Shown piece by piece: positions 1-9,473 of a DNA stretch of 64,000 nucleotides. A model generated the notes under the pieces. That model worked only from the letters and a program-made list of their open reading frames with translations, made no database searches and was not told the origin of the DNA. The first letter of the stretch is position 1. Each line of letters starts with the position of its first letter. Source of the stretch: Candidatus Ozemobacteraceae bacterium (GTDB taxonomy: Bacteria > Muiribacteriota > Ozemobacteria > Ozemobacterales > Ozemobacteraceae). The DNA is taken from NCBI GenBank assembly GCA_965140445.1, contig OZ223236.1:2562010-2626009 (forward strand), written 5' to 3'. A program made the position numbers and the translations under genes.

Positions 1-72
1 GTTGACGTAACTATGCGTTTCGGCGCTTCAGCAGCTGGACACAAAGCAATCGTTAAAAACGCAGGTTCTTAA
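1..72 (+). CDS. 3' end of a phage structural gene (partial; possibly major capsid protein)
   Basis: Open frame from window edge ending ...VDVTMRFGASAAGHKAIVKNAGS then TAA at 70-72; position immediately upstream of head/tail genes. Function is inference only. Confidence 0.4.
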   Translation, partial: VDVTMRFGASAAGHKAIVKNAGS

Positions 73-87
73 TTACTAACAATACCT

Positions 88-108
88 GGGGCTAACTAGC
101 TTAGCCCC
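88..108 (+). promoter_or_regulatory. GC-rich stem-loop (GGGGCTAA-ctagc-TTAGCCCC) downstream of capsid-module gene, no U-tract
   Basis: Perfect 8-bp inverted repeat with 5-nt loop read directly from sequence; lacks a trailing T-run so more likely an mRNA-stabilising or partial-termination hairpin than a full terminator. Confidence 0.3.
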
Positions 109-153
109 TGTAAATCAGTAAATCAGTAAATCATTTATAGGAGATTTTCAACA

Positions 154-504
154 ATGAAAAACAAAATTTTCGAAAAGGCTGACACGTTCAAACATACAGC
201 TACAGCAGATATAACAAGCGATGACGTTATAGTTTTGAACTCTACAACAGCTCGAATTGCTATTGCATCAAAAGATGCAGTAGCTGGAGAGACTCTGAAT
301 GTGGATTCAAGAGGAGTTTTTGAGCTCGCGAAAGGCACAGCATCAGACGTTTTTGCGTTTGGCGAAACATTCAAAATCAGCGGAAATACAGTTGTAAAGG
401 CAGCTGGCACTGGAATTCCTGACGTCGTTGTAGCTAACGGTTATGTAGCTTCAGACGATGATGCAGACGGCAACACAACTGTTTTAGTGAAGCTAAACTC
501 GTAA
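154..504 (+). CDS. hypothetical phage head-associated protein
   Basis: 116-aa ORF, ATG preceded by AGGAG (139-143); lies between capsid gene end and neck/tail genes. Confidence 0.6.
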   Translation: MKNKIFEKADTFKHTATADITSDDVIVLNSTTARIAIASKDAVAGETLNVDSRGVFELAKGTASDVFAFGETFKISGNTVVKAAGTGIPDVVVANGYVASDDDADGNTTVLVKLNS

Positions 505-519
505 AGGCAGGTTCAAATA

Positions 520-852
520 GTGAGTTTGATAGACATTATTGAAAGCGACTTAGATCAAATCTGGACAACCGGTAATTTTGCAAGCCCTTGTTTAGGCGGT
601 TTTGTCAACGACACAGCAGCTGTCAAACTCACTATTTCTTACGGTACTATCACGAACTACGAAGGCTACGCAGCTAAAACAGCAACTATCACTATACGCG
701 AAAAAGAATATCAAAATCTAAAAGTTACAGACACTATCACTGTAACTTCAAAAAATGAAAAATGGATCGTTCAAACTATTGCTCAAGCAGACTCTCACTT
801 AACTACAGCGATTTGTGTAAATGACATTCGATACTTGCCAAGGAATTTTTAA
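520..852 (+). CDS. hypothetical phage head-tail protein (GTG start)
   Basis: 110-aa ORF with GTG start, weak SD-like AAGGCAGG upstream; tightly packed with flanking + strand genes. Confidence 0.5.
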   Translation: MSLIDIIESDLDQIWTTGNFASPCLGGFVNDTAAVKLTISYGTITNYEGYAAKTATITIREKEYQNLKVTDTITVTSKNEKWIVQTIAQADSHLTTAICVNDIRYLPRNF

Positions 853-854
853 AA

Positions 855-1547
855 ATGTTCACAGTGAAAATTGACTCAATCTATGAAGCTGATTTCATCA
901 GCGGACTATTTGCGCAAGCGTTTAAAAATCCTGGAAAAACTAAGGATCTCGCGCAAGCGTTTGAAAATGCAAAAATCAGAGCGATCGGAAAAACAGCAGC
1001 TAGTTTAAGAAAACGAATTGTAGAAGCGTTCAAAGAAAACACTTTCGGCTGGAAACATACTGAATACAGCAATTGGCTTGGAATCGGTCAACGAGTTGAA
1101 ACAGACGATTTGCACGAATCGAACCAGCCTAAAAAAGCTTTTACAAGCTCAGGAAAGCGAAAGAAGGCGGGCTATAGTCTCAAAACAATGATTAATCCGC
1201 CGAAATCTGGAAATCCAGTGGGGGGCAAATATCCGAAACTCATGCGTTATTTGCTCAATGATGACAATTTCACCGTCGGTTTAGTTCCTGAAATCTCCGG
1301 AAAGCGCTGGGCTGCTCTGTTTCAACTATTTCAAAGCGGCGGAATTATCACGCCAACTGGAAAAAATGGAGCTCCTGGAACTCCAGCCAGAACGCGGCGC
1401 TATCTAGCGTCAATCGGTATTTACACTAAGCGAAATCACGCATTTAAAATGCCTGCTCGTCCTGTCATTGCTCTTATTCAGCAACGACACGATCCAAACG
1501 CGCTGTATAAAGCAAATTTCTGGGAAAAACTCAGGAGCGGTAAATGA
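855..1547 (+). CDS. hypothetical phage protein (head-tail joining region)
   Basis: 230-aa ORF, ATG 3 bp after previous stop, AAGGA upstream; no recognisable motif. Confidence 0.55.
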   Translation: MFTVKIDSIYEADFISGLFAQAFKNPGKTKDLAQAFENAKIRAIGKTAASLRKRIVEAFKENTFGWKHTEYSNWLGIGQRVETDDLHESNQPKKAFTSSGKRKKAGYSLKTMINPPKSGNPVGGKYPKLMRYLLNDDNFTVGLVPEISGKRWAALFQLFQSGGIITPTGKNGAPGTPARTRRYLASIGIYTKRNHAFKMPARPVIALIQQRHDPNALYKANFWEKLRSGK

Positions 1548-2029
1548 TGTCAAGTTTACAAGATTTACAGTTATTAATAGCTAAAGAAATAGTTACTGAT
1601 GAGACGTTGACAAACTATTGCCAAGAAAAATTTGGCAACGAAATCACAGTGTACATCGGTATTGATCAAGATGACTTACCGCGCGCTGGCGAAGTAAACC
1701 CCTGGGTCGGTTTAGCTGTACCACTTTATCAAACAGAATCTAATATTGAAGATTTAGTTAGTAGTTTCGTTCTCGACTCAGCAGTCTATTGCAAAGACGA
1801 ATCAGAGCCGTTTTCTGACGCTGACTATTCAAACATAAAAATAATTCAGGGCAATAAAACAATCGAAGAGCTTAGCGATTTGGTTTTTGCAGCAATTTTG
1901 AGAGCGGTTTCACGCTCAGCAACTCAGCTAGTAATGAGCTATCACTCACAGACTGAAACGAGTCTAGGCGCTCTTATTAAGCCCCATTTTGCTGCTACAA
2001 GAACTTGGACGATCGGTATAACAAACTAA
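1544..2029 (+). CDS. hypothetical phage protein (neck/tail completion candidate)
   Basis: 161-aa ORF, ATGA overlap with upstream gene, AGGAG 6 nt upstream of ATG. Confidence 0.55.
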   Translation: MMSSLQDLQLLIAKEIVTDETLTNYCQEKFGNEITVYIGIDQDDLPRAGEVNPWVGLAVPLYQTESNIEDLVSSFVLDSAVYCKDESEPFSDADYSNIKIIQGNKTIEELSDLVFAAILRAVSRSATQLVMSYHSQTETSLGALIKPHFAATRTWTIGITN

Positions 2030-2056
2030 CTAACTAACTAAGGAGAATTTATAAAA

Positions 2057-3082
2057 ATGATAGTTCCGACAACTGCGCAAACAGGGAAAAACAGCAAGGT
2101 TTTCATGTCAATAAATGATGGTATTGCTGTTTCAAATTTTCCGCTTTCTTTACAAGCAACATACGAGCTAAACGGTGAGACACTCACAAATCAAATGTAT
2201 TTGCTCGGAGAGACAAAAATGATCAACGACAGACCTGCTATAAGCACGTCTGTTACTGTGAATGGAGTGATTGACGGCATAGATATAATGCCAACTTCTA
2301 ACGCTGACGAAATAGCGACGACAGCGGGAACAATTCAAGTGAACGGGCAGCCTGTAGCTGTTGCAGCTAGTTTAGTTTCAATAACTCGTGCTGCTACAGA
2401 CGAAGCAGCATGGGTGGTGCTTTGTGTTTCAAACAGTGGCACAGTATCAGCAATTAAAGGTACTGATACAACAAGCTCAGCTGGAAAAGCTGGACTAGTA
2501 GCAAGTTTTGGCACTGGAGCCGGTGAAATTCCGTTTATTTCAGTTGATAGCGTGTTATTAGCTGTTCTCAAGCTCGACGATGTATCAGCTGTTATTTCGT
2601 ATTCTGAAATAGATCAATCTTATAGAGAATATAGCGCTATTTCATTTTATTTATATCCGTCAATCGGCGCTGTCAAAGTTTCTACAAGTCTACTGAAATG
2701 CCACACCGGCGAAGTTGCTAGAACGCCGCTGTTTAGCGGCAAATACATTGACGACAGTCTACTAGCTGAGATTGGAGACGCGAAAAGCTGGAGTTTAACG
2801 CCGAACTCTACGACTGTAGCAGTTGAAACGCTGGCAGGCGGAAAGTCTCAAACAACTATTAGCAGCTGGAGCTTTGCATTTAATCAGCTTTTCACGAACG
2901 GACTAGCGTTAGCAGCAATTATGAAGCGCCAGGGCTACGCATGCGTCAAAATGCAGCTTAGCAGCGGCGAGTATTTCAGATTTTCAGGATCGCTGGCAGG
3001 CGGAATTAAAGCAGATCCAGGCTCTTATGTTGAGCAAGATATATCTGGCAGCTGCGACACGCCATACTACAGCGGACAATAA
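2057..3082 (+). CDS. putative major tail protein
   Basis: 341-aa ORF with AGGAG SD, immediately upstream of chaperone/frameshift gene and tape measure gene (conserved siphovirus order); followed by a hairpin + T-run. Assignment by synteny only. Confidence 0.5.
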   Translation: MIVPTTAQTGKNSKVFMSINDGIAVSNFPLSLQATYELNGETLTNQMYLLGETKMINDRPAISTSVTVNGVIDGIDIMPTSNADEIATTAGTIQVNGQPVAVAASLVSITRAATDEAAWVVLCVSNSGTVSAIKGTDTTSSAGKAGLVASFGTGAGEIPFISVDSVLLAVLKLDDVSAVISYSEIDQSYREYSAISFYLYPSIGAVKVSTSLLKCHTGEVARTPLFSGKYIDDSLLAEIGDAKSWSLTPNSTTVAVETLAGGKSQTTISSWSFAFNQLFTNGLALAAIMKRQGYACVKMQLSSGEYFRFSGSLAGGIKADPGSYVEQDISGSCDTPYYSGQ

Positions 3083-3089
3083 GCAACAC

Positions 3090-3111
3090 AGGGGGCTGTT
3101 TGTCCCCTTTT
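3090..3111 (+). terminator. candidate intrinsic terminator after major tail gene
   Basis: 7-bp stem AGGGGGC/GTCCCCT (one G-U) with loop tgttt followed by TTTT. Confidence 0.4.
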
Positions 3112-3148
3112 AAACTTTTCTTAGAAATATCAGGAGGCAAAAAAAATC

Positions 3149-3529
3149 ATGGCTAGAAAAATTAAAAAAACAGCTAAAACACTTGTAGCACTATCAGCTG
3201 ACGACATTTTAAAACGCTGCAAACGAAAAACAAAAACAGTAGAAGTACCAGCACTTGGAGAAGATTTTGCAGTTAGCATTTTAGCACCGAATCCGCATGA
3301 ACTCTACGAGCTACGATCTGAAGCGCAAGAACAAAATTTAAACGACAAAGATTTTATTGAAAACTTATTTAAAAAATCTCTGAACGGCTGGACTGATGAG
3401 CAGTTAGAAGAGCTGAAAGAGCTAGACGGTTTTAAGTATGACAGAATCTTAGCGGCTTGTATTCCGCATCTAATGCCATTTGCGGCGGCTTTATCAGCTG
3501 AAAATATGGAGAAGCAAAAAAAAAGCTAG
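3149..3529 (+). CDS. tail assembly chaperone (gpG-like short form)
   Basis: 126-aa acidic ORF with AGGAGG SD directly upstream of tape measure gene; ends in the slippery run A_AAA_AAA (3517-3523) just before its TAG. Confidence 0.6.
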   Translation: MARKIKKTAKTLVALSADDILKRCKRKTKTVEVPALGEDFAVSILAPNPHELYELRSEAQEQNLNDKDFIENLFKKSLNGWTDEQLEELKELDGFKYDRILAACIPHLMPFAAALSAENMEKQKKS

Positions 3530-3666
3530 CTACAAATCCGGATCTTAGAGCAATTGTAGCTACTGCAATAAACGAGAGCATCAGTATTAACAGTGTTATT
3601 GAAAGAGGAGCTGATGATTTAGCGCTGAGAATAGCACTACGAAAACTAGAAAACGAAACATCTTAA
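3517..3666 (+). other. -1 programmed frameshift site (A_AAA_AAA at 3517-3523) and -1 frame extension to TAA 3664-3666 (gpGT-like long form)
   Basis: I translated the -1 frame from 3523 by hand: KLATNPDLRAIVATAINESISINSVIERGADDLALRIALRKLENETS, no stop until 3664-3666, ending 20 bp before the tape measure start. Confidence 0.55.
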
Positions 3667-3685
3667 AGAAAGGACTAGAGCGACA

Positions 3686-5254
3686 ATGGCAAGCAGCAAT
3701 ATAAATATAAAGCTCAAAGCTATAGATGAGTATAGCGGCGTCTTGACCGGGCTAAACCAGGGTTTAGAGCTCGTTGGCAAAGGATTTAATTTTATTAAAG
3801 CAACAGCCAGCGTTGCCTGGGACGCGATAAGCTACGGCACTAAAGCCGCTCTGGATCTAGCTAAAGTTGGTGGAGCTTTTCAAGAACAGCGTAATCAGTT
3901 TGAAAACCTGGCGAAGAGTTACAAAGTGAATGGTCAATCTATTATTGATACTGTTAAAGGTACTGCTCTAAACACTATTACAGAGTTTGATAGCATCAGC
4001 ATAGCTACAAAAGCTCTAGCAGCTGGTTTAAAAGGCAAAGATTTAGAGGACTCTCTAAGCTATGTGAAACGCTGGACAGAAGCTACAGGTCAAGATTTTC
4101 GCGCTGTTTCAGAAAGTGTTTTTACAAGCTTAGCAAGCGGACGTTTTAGCATTTTAAGGCAAATGGGTCTAGTAATTGAAAATGGAGCAAAACTAAATCA
4201 AGTTGTTGCTGCAATGAGCGCCGGTTTAAAAAAATTTGGTGATTCAGGCTTCAACGCAGGCGACAAACTCGCAAGTATGGCAGCTAGTCAAGACGATTTC
4301 TGGAGAAAAATTGGACAAGGAGTCAACTCGTCAAAAGAATTTCAGGACGTTTTAACTAGACTCTCTGACAATGCACTAGCTTTCGTGAAAAATTTTGATC
4401 CATTGCCCGTAACTTTGTTTGTAGACGAAGTTATAAGCGGAGCAAAAAACATTTATAACATTTTTAAAGAAACTTTTCCGGGTGTCTCAAAACTGCTCGA
4501 CACAATGTTTGTTAATCCGATTGAGGGCGTTAAAGATTTCGCTAAAGTCGGAGTTGACTCTTTCTATGCAATTTATAGAACAGCTGCTGATGTTACAAAC
4601 AGCATTTTAGAAACATTTAAAACACTAAACAGCGGAAATGTTCTGTCAGATTTAGCAAGCGGAACAATTCAACTATTAAGTTTCATCGGCTCTGCAATTT
4701 CACAACTAATAGAATCTGCTGTTGACTTGGCAGCTGATGCAATAGCACGAATTTTAAATAATCTCGGTGATTTCTTGAAACAGAGCCCAAAAATCAGCGA
4801 GTGGCTGGGCATTGACGCTAGTGTTTTTGATTTTTCAGGCTCAGCAAATCAGCTCAAAACATCAGTAGCAGCAATGACGGGCGCTTTTAAACTTGGTTTT
4901 GATGATTTGTCAAAACGATCTGATGCACTATTTAGCAATCTAAACGGCGGTTTTGATGACATGAAATCAGATTTGAGCGAAATAGACAAAGCGCATGTCA
5001 AAACGTTGTCTAGTCTCGACAGCATGAGCAAAAGCTATTCAAAAGCAAACAACGAAGCTGAAAAAATGGCAGAAACAATTAAAAATGTACCTAGCTATTC
5101 AAAAATAAAAGTTGAGCTAGCTGACGGCTCTGTTAAAGAGATTGAGGACGGATTGAAATATATTAAAGCGCCGCTTGTAAATCTTAAAGCTGAACTTGAT
5201 TTGAACGAACTCAAAGACATTGACAAAAAAAATCAGAAGCAAGATCACTACTGA
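3686..5254 (+). CDS. tail tape measure protein
   Basis: 522-aa ORF, Ala/Leu/Lys-rich helical composition, placed directly after the chaperone/frameshift pair; SD AAAGAAAGGA upstream. Confidence 0.6.
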   Translation: MASSNINIKLKAIDEYSGVLTGLNQGLELVGKGFNFIKATASVAWDAISYGTKAALDLAKVGGAFQEQRNQFENLAKSYKVNGQSIIDTVKGTALNTITEFDSISIATKALAAGLKGKDLEDSLSYVKRWTEATGQDFRAVSESVFTSLASGRFSILRQMGLVIENGAKLNQVVAAMSAGLKKFGDSGFNAGDKLASMAASQDDFWRKIGQGVNSSKEFQDVLTRLSDNALAFVKNFDPLPVTLFVDEVISGAKNIYNIFKETFPGVSKLLDTMFVNPIEGVKDFAKVGVDSFYAIYRTAADVTNSILETFKTLNSGNVLSDLASGTIQLLSFIGSAISQLIESAVDLAADAIARILNNLGDFLKQSPKISEWLGIDASVFDFSGSANQLKTSVAAMTGAFKLGFDDLSKRSDALFSNLNGGFDDMKSDLSEIDKAHVKTLSSLDSMSKSYSKANNEAEKMAETIKNVPSYSKIKVELADGSVKEIEDGLKYIKAPLVNLKAELDLNELKDIDKKNQKQDHY

Positions 5255-5411
5255 TGTCAAAGTCAATCTTGATTCAAACAAGCTTGACGCTAAAAAATCT
5301 GAAGAAGGCTTAACAGCTCAACAAGTTTTAGATGCACTAACTAAACTCGTAATGGACTATGCAGCCTCTATAGCTTCTAGTTCCGGCTTTCCAGCTGTTG
5401 TGAGCGCATAA
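5220..5411 (+). CDS. possible C-terminal continuation of tape measure protein in +1 frame (or separate small ORF)
   Basis: Frame opens at 5205 and overlaps the tape measure 3' end; an A8 homopolymer (5225-5232) lies in the overlap, and removing one A fuses the two frames. Confidence 0.3.
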   Translation: MTKKIRSKITTDVKVNLDSNKLDAKKSEEGLTAQQVLDALTKLVMDYAASIASSSGFPAVVSA

Positions 5412-5427
5412 AAAAGGATTTTTAATA

Positions 5428-5805
5428 ATGATTCAAATTAAACCGACGACCAGTTGCTTGTTAAATCATCAAGAGTTTAGTTTAACTCTTCCAGGTTCAT
5501 TGTCTTTCAATGTTCCCAGGGCTAGTAAATCAGTAAGAACGCTGGACGGCGGAGTTGCAATAACTCTTTGGAAGAAAAACAAAGCTGGAGCGATAACAGA
5601 AAAAAGTTTTTTGTTAAATCAAAGTCAATACAAAATCTTAGAGCAAATTATATATCACGAAACAGTTTTTGAGTGGTTGGTTTTCAGTGGTGAGAGCAGG
5701 TTTTTATGTTCATTAGATTTTACAAAAGATGAACAAATAACATTCGACAATAATCCTGATTTTAAAAATGTTTCAGTGCAATTTTTTGTTATACAGGAGC
5801 TTTAA
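5428..5805 (+). CDS. hypothetical phage tail protein
   Basis: 125-aa ORF with AAGGAT SD, first gene after tape measure. Confidence 0.5.
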   Translation: MIQIKPTTSCLLNHQEFSLTLPGSLSFNVPRASKSVRTLDGGVAITLWKKNKAGAITEKSFLLNQSQYKILEQIIYHETVFEWLVFSGESRFLCSLDFTKDEQITFDNNPDFKNVSVQFFVIQEL

Positions 5806-5807
5806 AA

Positions 5808-6935
5808 ATGATTCAAGGCGGAACAAGCGCGGCTGGTAGAGCAGCTAGAACCGGGTATACACAGTATTACATACCCTGTTTGCTTTTCGCGTCTTCTAAA
5901 TCTGTCTTAGAAAAAATGCAGAATACAAAGCGCGTATCTGTTTATAACGCGTATGTAAAGATTGAAGATTTTGACGGCGGTTTGCAGCTTTTGAACAGTT
6001 GCAGCTATTTTCAAATTCAGAAATATGCTGGAGCCGGAATTGACAACGCTACTCTAACAATTCAAAGAGCGGAAATATGGGGGATTTGGCAAGATACATA
6101 CAAAAACTTGTTAAAGCCGTCAAAGCGCTCTGTGACCATCTTTGCTGGAATTCCGGGAAAAGAAGAACAAGTTTTTTGTGGTCGAATAACCGGCTATCAA
6201 GAGAGCCAGGGCAGCGGCGGTGGGGCTATAAATCTGAATTTAAGTGATCATCGTTTGACTGTTCAGAGAACTACTACTACTCAAAAATACACTGAGCACA
6301 CTAGATTTTATGAAATTTCAAGAATTGCTGACGAAATTTTTAAAAATGCTGGTCAAGTTTTGCAAATAGCAGACACAGACACAGTATCAACGTGGACGCC
6401 AACTGGCAACGGGCTAGAGTCAGCAAATCAAGCGCTTTCAGGAGAACCGGAATGGACTGGAGGCGCTCTAGTAACTATAAATTCAGGCAATGTTTTAACA
6501 GTAACGAGTGATGATTTATTAATAATAAATGATTCTCTGATCAGTAATGCTTCAAGAAATTTTCACGATTCAAGCGCTTTTAACACTGTTAATGTGAAAG
6601 GTTTAGTCGATGATGTTCTGACTACTGATATTGTTCAAGATGAAACAGACGCAAAAGATCGCGGAATAATAACATATAGCGCAATCGTCGGATCTGAGCA
6701 CGATAATATAGAGCAAGCAAAATTACAAGCCCAGAGGCTCATAGCACGAGCATTGAGCGGCGTTTTCAGATGTAATACTGTTTATTTGCCGTATTTGGAA
6801 CCAGGGCAAATCGTAAAAATACAGAGTAATCGTTTTAACATTGCTCTATCGACTGCAAAAATAACTAGTGTTATGCAGCAATATCAAGTCGGAAATTGTA
6901 GCACGAGCATTAGCGGACTGGAGCTATTAGAATGA
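5808..6935 (+). CDS. hypothetical phage tail/baseplate protein
   Basis: 375-aa ORF, CAGGAGC SD, 2-bp gap from upstream gene. Confidence 0.55.
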   Translation: MIQGGTSAAGRAARTGYTQYYIPCLLFASSKSVLEKMQNTKRVSVYNAYVKIEDFDGGLQLLNSCSYFQIQKYAGAGIDNATLTIQRAEIWGIWQDTYKNLLKPSKRSVTIFAGIPGKEEQVFCGRITGYQESQGSGGGAINLNLSDHRLTVQRTTTTQKYTEHTRFYEISRIADEIFKNAGQVLQIADTDTVSTWTPTGNGLESANQALSGEPEWTGGALVTINSGNVLTVTSDDLLIINDSLISNASRNFHDSSAFNTVNVKGLVDDVLTTDIVQDETDAKDRGIITYSAIVGSEHDNIEQAKLQAQRLIARALSGVFRCNTVYLPYLEPGQIVKIQSNRFNIALSTAKITSVMQQYQVGNCSTSISGLELLE

Positions 6936-7900
6936 TACTGCACGCTATTATAACAGCTATAGACGTACCAGAAAAAGGCTGGTATCAAGCTCTAACGAAT
7001 TTCGGCACAACTGTCAATGCAGTTCGACTGAAAGGTACTGATAAAAAGTTTGCTAACGGGCAAATAGTTAGTGTTATTCAAAACGGCTCAGAGTTTGGTT
7101 TGACAGAGTTTGGCAAAACATCAGTGTTAAAAATTCCGGCTCTTTTGCGTAGCGGTTTAGCAGAACAATACAAAGCTGATACAGTTTTAGCATATATTGC
7201 AACGCTAGCAAACAATGTTAAAAAACTCTATCACGTCGCAAAAGTTGAAAATGTTGCTTTAGACGCTCTAACTGTTTTGAATGAATTTACAAAACAGGTG
7301 CAATTGTTGAGTTGCAGCGAAGTTAGTGCGCTAGATTTTAAAATTAATGACAGAGTTTTAATAGAAATCGGAAAACCGTCAAAAATAATAGGTTGGTGGA
7401 ACTGTGTCCCAGCAGCTGTTGACACAGGTTATGCAATAATAGCTATTGGTCGCAGAGCATACAGTCCTGATGTTTTTATACACAAAATCAGTTTTAAAGA
7501 CGGTGAATACAGCGTCAGCAATGAAATTCGATTTGAAATGAATAATAGAGCTCTGACGTATGCAAACATTTTTACTCTAAAGAGCTTAGACGCTGACGAG
7601 TATTTCTATTCAAGAGTAATAGCAACCGGAGCGCTAGACGTGCCAGCAGAGCTCCACTGGCTAAAATGGCGCAAGAATTTGACGAGCGTTGAAGAAATTA
7701 CAGAATCAGAATATCTAGCAAAAGAAGCTATACAGCCAGTCTACACTATGACAACTGATAACAAAATTTGGTGGACTTCAGACAATTGCTATATATCAGA
7801 CACAGAAACAAGCTCTAAAACTCTTGTTTTCCCGTCTGGCGAGCCTTTCCAGGAGCAGTTTTTTCCGATTCAAGGCAAAATTTACAAGGAGTTTATTTAG
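6932..7900 (+). CDS. hypothetical phage tail/baseplate protein
   Basis: 322-aa ORF, ATGA overlap with previous gene (translational coupling). Confidence 0.55.
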   Translation: MILHAIITAIDVPEKGWYQALTNFGTTVNAVRLKGTDKKFANGQIVSVIQNGSEFGLTEFGKTSVLKIPALLRSGLAEQYKADTVLAYIATLANNVKKLYHVAKVENVALDALTVLNEFTKQVQLLSCSEVSALDFKINDRVLIEIGKPSKIIGWWNCVPAAVDTGYAIIAIGRRAYSPDVFIHKISFKDGEYSVSNEIRFEMNNRALTYANIFTLKSLDADEYFYSRVIATGALDVPAELHWLKWRKNLTSVEEITESEYLAKEAIQPVYTMTTDNKIWWTSDNCYISDTETSSKTLVFPSGEPFQEQFFPIQGKIYKEFI

Positions 7901-8313
7901 TGAGCAGTTCTGTACCATTCAAAATTAGTATTAATCCTGATCCTGCTTTGATAATTTTTGCCGGGAAAAAGACAGACTCTGTTAATTTCGAAATTACTAA
8001 CGCAGATACTAGAAATATAACTAGTCTGCTCATTAGAGCTGTTAGAGCTGATTTGATGCCGCTGGGACTGATAAATAACGAAAATAGAGAAACAAAACTA
8101 GCAGCCGGGGAGTCAATTGTTTTTAATCAGCGACTCGAAGCAAGAGCAACAGATTTTGACGAGTGGACAAGCTGCAATGACTGGAGCAGCGGTTTAGACC
8201 TGGGCGAATTTTCTCCAGGTCAAAGCAAAACTTTTCAAATCAGATTAAATCTACTCGACGAGCAAGAGACAGAGCTAAAACAGGGCTTTTCGATCATGCT
8301 CGCAATAATCTAA
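7900..8313 (+). CDS. hypothetical phage protein (GTG start)
   Basis: 137-aa ORF, GTG start with AAGGAG 8 nt upstream. Confidence 0.5.
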   Translation: MSSSVPFKISINPDPALIIFAGKKTDSVNFEITNADTRNITSLLIRAVRADLMPLGLINNENRETKLAAGESIVFNQRLEARATDFDEWTSCNDWSSGLDLGEFSPGQSKTFQIRLNLLDEQETELKQGFSIMLAII

Positions 8314-8326
8314 GGAGGCGCTGAAA

Positions 8327-8674
8327 ATGGCAGATACAACAAATTTAGACGCGATTATAGACGCTGGAGTCAGCGCTATAGCAACAGTTGAGCTGTGGAC
8401 TGAAATCCGCGATTTACTGAAAGCAGTTTCAGGTGAAACAGGCTCTGTAACGCTAGCTGGCAGAAATACAGGCGTTGAAGTTAGTTTGACGACAACGTTT
8501 GATGCTACTACAGACTATGATGTTTTCTTTTATATCGAGAAAGCTGCTGCTGCAAAGACAGGCAGCATAGGTGAAGTGACTATTACAAAAAATTCAGGTA
8601 GTGCGTTTACTGTGAAAAATTCAGGATCTGACTCACTATCTACTCTGAATTACAAAGTTATGAAGAGAGCTTAA
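8327..8674 (+). CDS. hypothetical phage protein
   Basis: 115-aa ORF, AAGGAGG SD. Confidence 0.5.
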   Translation: MADTTNLDAIIDAGVSAIATVELWTEIRDLLKAVSGETGSVTLAGRNTGVEVSLTTTFDATTDYDVFFYIEKAAAAKTGSIGEVTITKNSGSAFTVKNSGSDSLSTLNYKVMKRA

Positions 8675-8676
8675 CT

Positions 8677-9471
8677 ATGAAAAAACTATTATTAATAATA
8701 CTTATAATGCTTTCTAGCAGATGTTTTGCAATAGACAACAACATTGTTTTTGTGAACCACTTTGACGGTTTAGTTAGTAATCAAGACTTTACTTGTGATT
8801 ACATGCCCTTTTATACGTTCTATGCAACTCAAAATGCAAACAATGCAGGTATACCGCGCCTTGACGGAGCTGGCAAATGGGGACAGAGCTATAATGCAGG
8901 TCAAAGCAGTAGATACTCGTATTGCTATAATTATACAGACTTTAACGTCAACACAGTGCTTGAAAATGACTTCACTATCGACTTTTGGCTATATCTTACA
9001 AGCGCTGACGCTGGAATTGACACAGGCTATGTTTTAAGAGCTGGCAGCTTTTCAACTTATGTATTGATGCAAGACTACACAGTAAAAATGAGCTTTACTG
9101 ACGGCTCAGGCAGTGGCTACGTAAACTATCAAGTTGATGATTTTATTCACTACGCGTTTGTGCGAAGCGGAAACACTTTAAAAGCGTATAGAAACGGAAT
9201 TTTGCAAGCTACTAGCGCAACAACTGCACCGGCTTTGAATATTTCAAACATCAGATTGGGGCGCGAGTTCATAAGCGGCGATGCTTTCACAAATGTAAAT
9301 TTTTTAATGGACGAACTGAGAGTTAGCAGAAAAGCAGAATGGTTAGAAAATTTCACGCCTCCAGCTGCTCCTTATTCTTACGCGCCGATTTATGCAAACA
9401 TCAGACTTGGAACAAGCGGAGAAATAAAACTAGGCTCAGATGGGCTGATAAAGCTGGATTGGAGGCAATAA
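8677..9471 (+). CDS. secreted LamG/concanavalin A-like lectin domain protein (tail fibre-associated)
   Basis: 264 aa; N-terminus MKKLLLIILIMLSSRCFA looks like a cleavable signal peptide; body resembles a LamG-type jelly-roll (FTIDFWLYL...YAFVRSGNTLKAYRNG...IRLGRE). Domain call by eye. Confidence 0.5.
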   Translation: MKKLLLIILIMLSSRCFAIDNNIVFVNHFDGLVSNQDFTCDYMPFYTFYATQNANNAGIPRLDGAGKWGQSYNAGQSSRYSYCYNYTDFNVNTVLENDFTIDFWLYLTSADAGIDTGYVLRAGSFSTYVLMQDYTVKMSFTDGSGSGYVNYQVDDFIHYAFVRSGNTLKAYRNGILQATSATTAPALNISNIRLGREFISGDAFTNVNFLMDELRVSRKAEWLENFTPPAAPYSYAPIYANIRLGTSGEIKLGSDGLIKLDWRQ

Positions 9472-9473
9472 AA

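Noticed and set aside
135-410. 91-aa ORF on the minus strand overlapping the 154-504 phage gene
   Set aside because: Antisense to a + strand gene with a good SD in a uniformly + strand late operon; no SD of its own; composition mirrors the sense gene.
8795-9037. 80-aa + strand ORF in an alternative frame inside the LamG-like gene
   Set aside because: Fully nested in a longer ORF with a recognisable domain; no SD.
9339-9473. N-terminal 45-codon extension of the tail-fibre ORF (track start 9339) overlapping the LamG-like gene
   Set aside because: The in-frame ATG at 9474 has GGAGG at ideal spacing and follows the upstream stop; the extension would need 133 bp of out-of-frame overlap.
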